A DNA stretch of 63,692 nt, filler included, from Octopus bimaculoides (lineage: Eukaryota): assembly GCF_001194135.2 (NCBI RefSeq). It is 5 parts of 4 records of this genome, joined end to end, with 100 filler letters (N's around TTAATTAATTAA, not from the genome) between each part and the next. Parts side by side here need not be neighbours in the genome. Positions count along the whole stretch, not along the records: positions 50,218 to 61,878 come from NC_068992.1; positions 61,979 to 63,692 come from NW_026422715.1; 3 more parts are not named here. One strand, written 5' to 3'. Positions within the stretch are counted from its first letter, which is position 1. Each line of letters opens with the position of its first letter. The notes under the pieces are model-generated. The model did not search any database. It was not told the origin of the DNA and was given only the letters and a program-made list of their open reading frames with translations. The position numbers were made by a program, and so were the translations under genes. Shown here piece by piece: positions 53,484 through 63,692 of this stretch.

Positions 53484-54192
53484 AATGGATATATATAGAC
53501 AGATAGCACGTTGTAAAATGATACTGTATTTGTGTTTTATTCAGAACTAGAAGCCATTACAAGTTTATTGAGAAGACATGCTTAATTAATAATGTAAATT
53601 ATCATTTGTTATCTAAAAAGGAAAAAAAAAAGCATGAACGAAAAAGCTTCGCGATATGCAAATTAAAATAATCACAATGTGAAAATATCAAAAGATATAT
53701 GTCATTGATTAATTCAGCAAATAAATCTGATCGATGAATTGATCGAATACAAGTTAGAATAAATCAGTAACAATAACAAAAAAAATAATAACAAGAACAA
53801 TAACAAAATGTGAATACAAACGAAAAAAAAAAGACACAACATGGAACGTGTCTTGGTTCAGAACTTGATAAGATCATGTTACACGAATGTATTGGTCTCC
53901 ACTTGATTAAGCACACATAGTCTATCTTATAGACATAGATCGGCTAGGAGGAGGTTGAGTATTATACACACACACACACACACACANNNNNNNNNNNNNN
54001 NNNNNNNNNNNNNNNNNNNNNNNNNNNNNNNNNNNNNNNNNNNNNNNNNNNNNNNNNNNNNNNNNNNNNNNNNNNNNNNNNNNNNNNNNNNNNNNNNNNN
54101 NNNNNNNNNNNNNNNNNNNNNNNNNNNNNNNNNNNNNNNNNNNNNNNNNNNNNNNNNNNNNNNNNNNNNNNNNNNNNNNNNNNNNNNNNNNN

Positions 54193-54228
<36 letters not shown>

Positions 54229-54490
54229 AATATATATATACATATATATACATACACACTGACATATATGTATGCATGTATGTATGAATGTATGTATGTA
54301 TGTATGCATGTTTGTGTGTATGTATGTATGTATGTATGGATGGATGGATATATAGATAGATAGATAGACAGATACACAAATGAATATATATTTGTAGATA
54401 AATGCACATACATATATATTTATTATACATATATATATACATTTATGTATCATATATATACTTATGTATATATGTGTGTATATATATATG

Positions 54491-54522
<32 letters not shown>

Positions 54523-56023
54523 GATACCTGTATGCATGCATACATACATTCATACATACATACATACATACATACATACATACATACATACATACATACA
54601 TACATGCATACATACAAACGTACATACATACACAATGCTTTACTTTTGTATGAAAAAAACACAAATGAACCACAACAAAAATCACAGAAATATGTAGAAA
54701 TTCTAAGCGTTATATCTTCGCATCTTCGGCAGGAATCTTGGTGAAAACCAAACATATCTCAGTGTTAGCTGCTGACACATAAAGTGCGTGGCAAAGTCTT
54801 AGCAACACAAGACACAAACAGACACGTTATCTTACAATACAATGCGCATACGAACGACATTGTATGCGAAACCATCTTAGTTTCGGGCTGAACGCTTCCT
54901 GTTCTATGTTTGATTAAATTCGGAGGAATGCTTTTAGGATTAATTCATGTCGATGTATCTCATACTGCTGATAGTGAACTCATCGAATATGTTGCATCAC
55001 AAGTAGGAGTTTGCTGGTGGCATTGAATTAATCTTCAGTGGTTTTACATATTGCAGCACAATCGCAGTTTAGATTTTTCGCAGTTTTGCTTTAATAATGG
55101 TATGAATGTCGACGCTGTCCCCACTCAAATGCTTCGATCCCAGTCCATGAATCATCTACATGTCAGCTTTTAGCTTTATACTCTGAGAAAGAAGGATCGT
55201 CTGTATTTAGCTATCAGAATTATAATTTATATGTAAAGAAAAAGTACCTTCAGATGCGAGTCTTCGAGGCCTCCTTCTTTACGTGGTGGGCTGATGTCCT
55301 AGATACAGTAGTCAAATCTCTATAAAATCACAATGGTCATATTAGAACGGTACTGTTAATCTTAGAAATTAAGAAAACATTGGTTGGATGATACAATCTA
55401 TAAATGCACCACACTCTCCCTAGAAAAAGACAGGTCCGTCACGGCTGGAATATTATGAATATGTTATTTTGCTCATGGTTGAGTAATTATCTTAGTTAAA
55501 CGAACTCAACAACAATAGCAACAATTAACAACAAACGGTAAGCTCATTCTATAAACAATAGAGCTTTATAACAACATTTAAGGTTGCATCGATCGACGGT
55601 TCATCCTTAATGTAGTGGCACGATGTGATGGATAAGGCAGTCAAATCCGATTGAGGTCACACACAAAAAGAAGACAGAAATAAGACAAGATAAATCTTAA
55701 ATCCACTATGCTCACTCCACCGAATAAAATGATATCTAGAATGTCATAAATTATATAATATCTCGCTCTTAACTGGCTTATCCTTATAGTTAAACGACAA
55801 GAATAACTTTCTGTTTATTAGATTGTATTGCATCGAGTTGCCTTTATTCATTGTACTGCAAGACAAAGGTTTCAGCATGTTCCCTTACGCCATCCACTGT
55901 CTGGTGTGGAGGCCGTGAATTGGAGTTGTACCATACTAGTTTGATGAGCCTACTCTGCTGCACTGTCTCCACAAGGTTTGGCAGAGAGGTGCAATTTTTT
56001 ATACTCTTACTCAAGAATAGTTA

Positions 56024-56218
56024 AGTCGATGACTCCCCACCCCCACCTACCGACCCGGTGCTCAAATGGTGCTCAACAGGTACTTATGTTATCGACTCCG
56101 AAAGGATGAAAGGCAAAGTCTATCCCGACGGAATTTGGAATCAAGAACGTAAGGACAGACGAAATACTGCAAAGCATTTCGCTCTGCGCGATAACCATTC
56201 TGACAGCTCGCCGCCTAT
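56024..56218 (-). mobile_element. SINE family C
   Basis: The reverse complement begins aggcggcgagctgtcagaatgg and contains ctttgcctttcatcctttcggagtcgataacataagtacc. Confidence 0.8.
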
Positions 56219-57016
56219 ATTTTTTAACTACTCGTATGCAAGTTATTAAAGAGTTGTTTTAAAAAATTACTTTAGATAAAAGCTATCGAAGGTCCGCCTT
56301 CAATTTTGTAGCTCAATGTGTTAGATATAGTAGTTAAAGGTCTTAGAAATCCCATTTCTGAAGGAAAAGGCATTGGATAACATAGTCCACGCAGCTGGAA
56401 CATAATTTATCACGTGACATTTCGATCATGATTCAGAGGATATCCTAGGGCTAAACCACATCAGCAACAATAATTTTGAATTATCTGAGACAAAGAAATC
56501 CAAGAACTCTCGACTCAAATCTATAAACTACATTGTATCATGGCGACCCCTACAGGAACAGGTTAAATTAACCATAAAGAGTTCCAGTTATCCGTAAAAA
56601 CCCAAAAGTCTAATGAAAAGATTTGTGACAAATGCAACCCTGGTTTATTACTTCCAAAGATTTGTTGATTTCGGTAGCAAGCACCTTTTACATGTGTTGT
56701 TTGTGAGCGCGCATGAGTGCTGTTATTGTTGCCGTCGTCGTCATCCTCGTTTTTGTTGTTGTTGCTGTTGTTGTTGTTGTTCACGCTGCTGAAGGCAATT
56801 AGATTCGTTGGGAGGCTTCGATACAAAAGGCTTATCGCAAAAAGCATCTTCAATGACCATGAAAATTCCATTGATTCCAGCAGCTTCTTATATCTCACTT
56901 GCATATTGTTTTCTTATACGAAAATACGAAGATGGACAAAATACTACATATAAAATTAAATATTATTAGAATTCTGGCCTATTTACAGACAAAATACTAT
57001 TTCAAGCGATATTGAT

Positions 57017-57277
57017 TTTACATTATTTACATTATTTACATTTGACGGATATTTGTCCTCATCTTGTTTGTTGTTAACACAACGTTTCGGCCGATATACC
57101 CTCCAGCGTTCGTCAGGTGTCTTGGGGGAAATTTCGAACCTGGGTTCTCATTCCTAACGATGTTACTATTATTATATTATTATTATTATTACTATTATTA
57201 ATCAGGTCGCTGACTTGAATCGAACTCGGAATCTTGGGGTTAGTAGCCCGCGCTCTTAACCACTACGCCATATGCCC
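57017..57277 (-). mobile_element. tRNA-headed SINE (family D) with a hammerhead motif and an (AATGTAAAT)x3 tail
   Basis: A-box TGGCGTAGTGG, anticodon-like arm GGG-ctACTaa-CCC, B-box GAGTTCGATTC, (AAT)n spacer, hammerhead motif, 9-bp tandem tail. Confidence 0.75.
57076..57121 (-). ncRNA. Minimal type I hammerhead motif with palindromic stem III (this copy probably decayed)
   Basis: GACAC-CTGACGA-A-CGCTG(gagggtatat)CGGCC-GAAAC-GTT-GTGTT. Stem I GACAC/GTGTT, palindrome AACGTT, GUU triplet. The base of stem II is a C-C mismatch. Confidence 0.6.
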
Positions 57278-57418
57278 GTCTACCAAATCCACTCACAAGG
57301 CTTTGGTCGGCCCGAGGTTATAGTAGAAGACACTTGCCCAAGGTGCTACGCAGTGGGACTGAACCCGGAACGATGTGGTTGGTAAGCAAGCTACTTACCA
57401 CACAGCCACTCCTGCACC

Positions 57419-57420
<2 letters not shown>
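57278..57420 (-). mobile_element. SINE family A, 5' part
   Basis: Reverse complement: ggagtggctgtgtggtaagtagcttgcttaccaaccacatcgttccgggttcagtcccactgcg...ggatttggtagac. Confidence 0.9.
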
Positions 57421-57486
<66 letters not shown>

Positions 57487-57872
57487 CATATGGGCATAGA
57501 TCCGTAGTATATGTGTATGTGTATGTATAGCTGTTCGTGTGTATACAGGTCCAGGTTATATCTTTGTGTTTTATATGCGTTCCTCTTAATTGTTCTTAGT
57601 TTTCTTATATTATTCTCAGCATCACATTGTTTTCCTTATTTCTAATAACAAATGCATTTTATTGGCAAGAATTCGCTGGTCTGCTAGTGTTGTTGTGGTT
57701 GCTGTTCTCACCAGTAATGCTGCTGCTACTGCTACTGCTGCTTTTTATACCGTTGCCGTTTATGCGGTTCGTTCTCGTTCTCGTTGTTGTTGTTGTTATC
57801 ATTGTGTTTGTTTTGGGTTTTTTTTGCTTATTTTTATCCTCCATATTGTTATGTTATTCTTGCTCCTGTCGT

Positions 57873-57907
<35 letters not shown>

Positions 57908-58421
57908 TCGACAACGACAACGATGAGGACGATAATGCTGACGATGGCGACAACGAGAAGGATGATGATGCTGATGCTGATGCTGCTGATGCGGATCAAG
58001 AGAATAACCACCACTACGACGACGACGACCATAATGATGATAAAGTTCATGATGGTGATAATGATGATGATGATGATGATGATGGTGATGATGATAATGA
58101 TGATGGTGAGGATGATGAGGATGATGATGATGATAACAACTATAATGATGATACTGATGTTGATGATGATGATGATGATGATGATGTTGTTGCTGCTGTT
58201 ACATTTACCTTCCTCTCTTCGACTCAGTACATCAGAATTATTAAATATTTATTTCTACATTCATGGCTTATTTTGGCCCAATTCTACTTAAATAATTACT
58301 TTAATTGTATCTATTGACAATTTCATTTTTTCTTGTTTCTCTATGTTACCTATCTATCCATCTATCTATCCATCTATCTATGTGTGGCTATAATAAAAAG
58401 ATATCCATCTATCTATCTATA

Positions 58422-58455
<34 letters not shown>

Positions 58456-58763
58456 ACTATCTATCGATCGATCAGTCTGCCTGTCTCTCTACCATCTATC
58501 TCTATTATCTGCTTATCTATCAATCTATCTATTTTTCTATCTATCTATCTATCTATCTATCTCGCTAGCTTGCTATCTAGTTATCTAGCTATCTATCTGT
58601 CGAACTATCTATGTATCTCCCTCTGTGTACAGCCCAGTGTGGCTAATAAAAGAAAGTTATCTATGTATCTATCTATCTATCTATTTGTCAGCCTTTTTGT
58701 CCGTCCGTCAATCTGTCTGCTTGTCGGTCTGTCTGCCCACTAAACTATTTATGTGTCTCCCTG

Positions 58764-58804
<41 letters not shown>

Positions 58805-58991
58805 CTATCCATCCATCCGCACTTTGTCTAATTCTCTCTGAATTTTTCCCTCTCTTCTTCTCTGATCTTATTCTTTCCCTTTATCTTCTTTATTATATTC
58901 CTTCCATTCTCAATCATTAAATATTTTTAGTCCTCTTCTTCTTCTTCTTCTTCTTCTTCTTCTTCTTCTTCTTCTTCTTCTTCTTCTTCTT

Positions 58992-59032
<41 letters not shown>

Positions 59033-59225
59033 GCTTCTTTTTCTTCTTCTTTTCCTTCATTTTCTTCTTTTTTTTCTTCTTTACATACACAAACACTGAC
59101 ATAAATGCGTGTGTGTGTGTGTTTGTATGTGTATGTATGCGTGTTCACATGCACATACATACATGTGATAAAGTGATAGATATAAGAAAAAATGAACAGG
59201 CAGGCAGACAGACAGACAGACAGAC

Positions 59226-59275
<50 letters not shown>

Positions 59276-59694
59276 TATGTCTCTTGGCTTATTTCTCTTC
59301 ATCGTTCATTACTTTTTAAAAGAACATTTAAAGGTCGCTTGCGTAGTTTATTAAAACCTAATCTCTACAACTTCCATCCCTCTCCTGCGAATTTAATATT
59401 TTCTCATTTGTGTCACACATTTAATAGCAATGTATTTCCTCTTGTCTCGATAAAGCTTTTTGCACCAAATCTATTTTAAAATTGTCAGCCATTTAGTGTC
59501 GTTAATGGACGCCTGCAAATTGTTACGAGAAGGGATTTTGGTACTTACGTCATTTATTTTCATTCTTGGCTTCCTGATTTACCTACAAAGGGGCAATGGG
59601 GTGGACGGCACTTTCTCTACCACCCATTTAAATTAGAAACCAACATTAATTTTGTTGCTATCTAGCTTTTTCTTGCTGCTGTTAATTTACAAGA

Positions 59695-60436
59695 AAAGGC
59701 AGTGAGCTGGCACTGTAGTTAGCGCGCCTAGCAAAATACGACAAACTTTACGTTCAAATACCGCCGTGGTGGACCTTAGCTTTCATCCTCTCGGGATCGA
59801 TAAAATAAGTACCAGTTGAACACTGGGGTCGATGTAATCGACTTACCCTCTGCCCCTGCGTACTTGTTGCCATTGTGTCAAAATTTGAAATCAGTAATAT
59901 ACAAAACAGGTGGCGAGCTTACAGAATCTTAGCGGCATTTTGGCCATCGTCCTCAATGCTCAACTAGGACTTATTTTATCGACAACGAGAGGATGAAAGC
60001 AAAATTGACTTCGGCGGAATTCCAACTCAGAACGTAAAGATGGGCGAAATACTGCAAAGCATACCAGGCAGTGGCTCGCATTGCTTCTGACCTTAACAGA
60101 AGTGTTAACACGTATAGGTTTTGGTTGGATGAAAAAGATGGGCCACAGCAAACATTTTGCTCAATACCACAGATTTGCTTGTCATTTTCTTGACCTTAAC
60201 CAGGTAAGTATGTCCCTTAGTGGCTGACGATATGTGCATCTCTGATCATGAAGAGGAGTAGTTGAAGGGGATCATAGCCACATGGCCTGAAATTTTGTGG
60301 GGAGGGGGTAAGTTGATTACATCGACCGCAGTGTTTCACAGGTACTTAATTTATCGACCCCAAAAGGATGAAAGGCAAAGTCAACAATAATAATAATCGG
60401 CAAGTGATTGTATAACAGACATGTAGATTAAAAGTA

Positions 60437-60486
<50 letters not shown>

Positions 60487-60710
60487 TGATGATGATTTCA
60501 AATTTTTTCCCCCAAGGGCAGCTTGGGGGAGGGGATTCAGTCGATTACATCGACCTCAATGCGTAACTGGGACCTATTTAATCGTCCCCGTAGAGATGAA
60601 AGGCAAAATCGACCTCAGTGGAATTTGAACTCAGAACGTAGCGGCGAACGAAATGCTGCTTGCTAAGTATTTCTCCCAGCATGCTAAAGAGTCTGCCAGC
60701 TAGCCGCCTT
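59695..60710. mobile_element. Cluster of SINE family C copies in both orientations
   Basis: Plus copy 59695-59897; minus copies at about 59950-60095, 60295-60388 and 60495-60710. All share the tttcatcc...gataaa..aagtacc core; 60295 and 60495 also carry gtcgatgtaatc. Confidence 0.85.
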
Positions 60711-60834
<124 letters not shown>

Positions 60835-61213
60835 GTAGTAGTAGTAGTTTTTAATATAAACAATATCACTGCTAGACAATGTGCTGTCCAATTTATGTTC
60901 CGTGGTTCTCCTTTTAAAGTACGAATATCCTTATAATTTGCATGATGATAAGATCCCAGCCGAATGTTCATGTCCAGCATTTATCAGGAAATCTCTGCTT
61001 TCATTTCCAGAATTCTTTCCCTCATTCAATTGTCTTTAACTGAATTGGAGATAAGATTTAAAGAATTAGTGGATGGAATTAAGATTGGCAAACTAAATTA
61101 CAATAATTTGCATATATTATTTCAGAAGCCATATGCATATACATACATATTTCTGTCGCTCCCTATTTTCCTCTTACCTCTCTTTCTCTCCCTCATTTCT
61201 CTTTCTCTCCCTC

Positions 61214-61315
<102 letters not shown>

Positions 61316-61820
61316 CTCTCTCTATCTCTCTTTCTCGTTCTCCACGTATATATACGTATGTATATACAATGTAATATAATGTATGTATACAATGTAGTAA
61401 TATACATATATACAATATAGTATAACGTCGTTTTGCGCATAATTAACACAGCGTAGAATATATCGTGAGCTCAGGTGTGTGTATGTGAATGTGTATGTGT
61501 GTGTGCGCGCGCGTTCGTACGTGAAAAAAGAACAGAGATAGGGAGAAACAGAGGGAGAGGGAGGGAGGGTTTGGATTGAATCAGGATTGTATGGAGTAGA
61601 GTTGTCAAAAAATTTCCCTTTATAAAGTTTGTGTACGGTGAGTCAGTTTGTGTGTCGCTACACATACAGATCATATATATACGCTGTATATGAATATTAA
61701 TACATATATACATGCATATATATATATTTATATATGTTTGTATGTATATATGTATATGTGTGTGTGTGTGTGCGCACATATGTGTATATTTATATATATG
61801 TATATGTACCCAATTAAATT

Positions 61821-61878
<58 letters not shown>

Positions 61879-62261
61879 NNNNNNNNNNNNNNNNNNNNNN
61901 NNNNNNNNNNNNNNNNNNNNNNTTAATTAATTAANNNNNNNNNNNNNNNNNNNNNNNNNNNNNNNNNNNNNNNNNNNNAAAATTTCAATTTTATCAGGTG
62001 GTCGGCATGAAAATAAAAATCTTATGGTTAAATTTTCAAAATATTATATTAAAAATTATAAAAATAATTATAACAAGGGATCGGCAATACGCCTCACTAC
62101 GCGCTGAAAATAGACGCCAAGTGAGGCTAAAACCACCTTAAAAACACCAAAAACAGAGGTTGTAGTCGAAAGAAAGATAATAATTAAACTTTTGGTAAAT
62201 CGTGTATAAGATTTCAGGCTTAAAGTAAAAATACTGACTGCCATTCTCAGCACAGATTGTT

Positions 62262-62632
62262 GTTGCTGGCACTCCGTCGCTTACGATGTCGAGGGTTCCA
62301 GTTGAACAACCTGCCCGTAAAATTAACGTGCAAGTGGCTGAGCACTCCACAGACATGTGTGCCCGTAACGTAGTTTTCGGGGATATTCAGCGTGACACAG
62401 TGTGACAAGGCTGACCCTTTGAATTACAGGCACAACAGAAACAGGAAGTAAGAGTGAGAGAAAGTTGTAGTGGAAGAGTACAGCAGGGTTCGCTACCATC
62501 CCCTGCCGGAACCTCGTGGAGCTTTAGGTGTTTTCGCTCAATAAACACTCACAACGCCCGGTCTAGGAATCGAAACCGCGATCCTATGACCGCGAGTCCG
62601 CTGCCCTAACCACTGGGCCATTGCGCCTCCAC
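62262..62632 (-). mobile_element. SINE family B, full length
   Basis: The reverse complement matches 23811-24192 (gtggaggcgcaatggcccagtgg...gactcgcggtc...gacggagtgccagcaacaac). Confidence 0.9.
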
Positions 62633-62815
62633 CTTGTGATTCTATATCTATATACTATCATGTCCATTCATATTTCTCACTTTTATCGTGTATATGCCTT
62701 TCTCTATAAGTCAATCTAACTATCTACCCTCATACCTGCCTTCCCACCTACCTACCTACCTACCTACCTGCATACATGCATACATACATACCCACAAACC
62801 TACCTATCTACCGAT

Positions 62816-62852
<37 letters not shown>

Positions 62853-62865
62853 TAGATAGATTAGA

Positions 62866-63030
62866 CGCAGGCGTAGCCCTGTGGCAAGAAGTTTGCCTCC
62901 CAACCACACGGTTCCTGGTTCAGTCCTACTGTGTGGCACCTTGGAAAAATGGACTCTACTACAGCTTCATACTGCCCAAAGACATGGTGGATTTGACAGA
63001 GAAACTGAAAGAAGCGATTATATGTATAAC
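62866..63030 (+). mobile_element. SINE family A, degenerate 5' part
   Basis: gcaggcgtagccctgtggcaagaagtttgcctcccaaccacacggttcctggttcagtcctactgtgtggcaccttgg...gaaactgaaagaagc. Confidence 0.8.
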
Positions 63031-63148
63031 AGAGAGTGTAAACAAACTGCCCCTGTTATACTGGTGAAGATCTATAAAAATGTGTTATGTGTAGGGGCAT
63101 GAATGTAAGGGTGTTTAAACATATTTGGCTCCCACTTGGGTGTGGTTT

Positions 63149-63182
<34 letters not shown>

Positions 63183-63319
63183 TGTGTGTATGTAAAAAGG
63201 TCATAAGGAGTCCAAACATGATGTACACAATAATGCATATCCCTTTGTGTGTGTGTGTGTGTACATACACGCTCTCATGCACACACAAATGTATATATGT
63301 ATATATATATGTGTGTATA

Positions 63320-63353
<34 letters not shown>

Positions 63354-63692
63354 AAGAGAGAGGGGAGGCAGACAGACAGACAGACAGACAGACGGATGGA
63401 TAGATCGATAGACAGATAGAGAGAGGGAGAGAGAGAGAGAGAGATAAATAGATACACAGAGAGAGATAATGATGCATATAAACGTATACTGCTGTATATA
63501 GGAAAAATGTTATCGTCACCAATTGTGATTGAGGCCGCTGAAGCACCTATATTAATACAAATCAGTTTTGAAGAAACGCGCAATATATGTACACTGACAA
63601 AGGTAACTGCCCCATGAGCGTCTCTAGACTAGACTAGTTTTACCTATCAGTCGTAGGCACGTCAGTAATAACTAGTCAAACGTTCAAGGGTT

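Noticed and set aside
56563-56953. Short ORFs on both strands around an AAC/GAC repeat, including a polyQ-ending frame
   Set aside because: No good splice acceptor, no recognisable domain, and openness is explained by the trinucleotide repeat.
57784-58317. Asp-rich ORF with a hydrophobic N-terminus resembling acidic biomineralisation proteins
   Set aside because: It starts at a TTG inside a (TTG)n tract. A (GAT)n array cannot gain a stop in this frame by a single substitution, and the poly-Met frame is equally open.

Overview
This window is repeat-dense, gap-rich (about 8 kb of N, roughly 13%) and apparently non-coding (intronic or intergenic) eukaryotic DNA. I infer an octopus genome from the extreme di-/tri-/tetranucleotide microsatellite load and from tRNA-derived SINE families that resemble described octopus SINEs; this was not verified by search. 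I found no convincing host protein-coding gene. Almost all long ORFs in the track come from microsatellites or N-gaps, and the rest are decayed retroelement frames. Recognisable content: four R4/Dong-type RLE non-LTR retrotransposon segments, at least six Penelope-like element (PLE) remnants of two or more lineages, a zinc-knuckle LINE ORF1 remnant, a mariner end, a Helentron-associated (HINE-like) fragment, and many SINE copies from about five families. The most interesting signals are RNA-structural. (1) A tRNA-headed SINE carries a minimal, dimer-type hammerhead ribozyme motif (57017-57277, minus). (2) A canonical-core minimal hammerhead lies at 18483-18523. (3) A hammerhead-shaped motif with a non-canonical core lies at 38498-38544. 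There is also a 151-bp near-perfect hairpin, a 62-bp inverted repeat pair, a CTCF-like site in a CpG-richer island, and a CCAAT/TATA/Inr arrangement. Four 100-bp gaps contain the synthetic spacer TTAATTAATTAA, which is an assembly artefact. All structures and translations were done by eye; no database searches were run.
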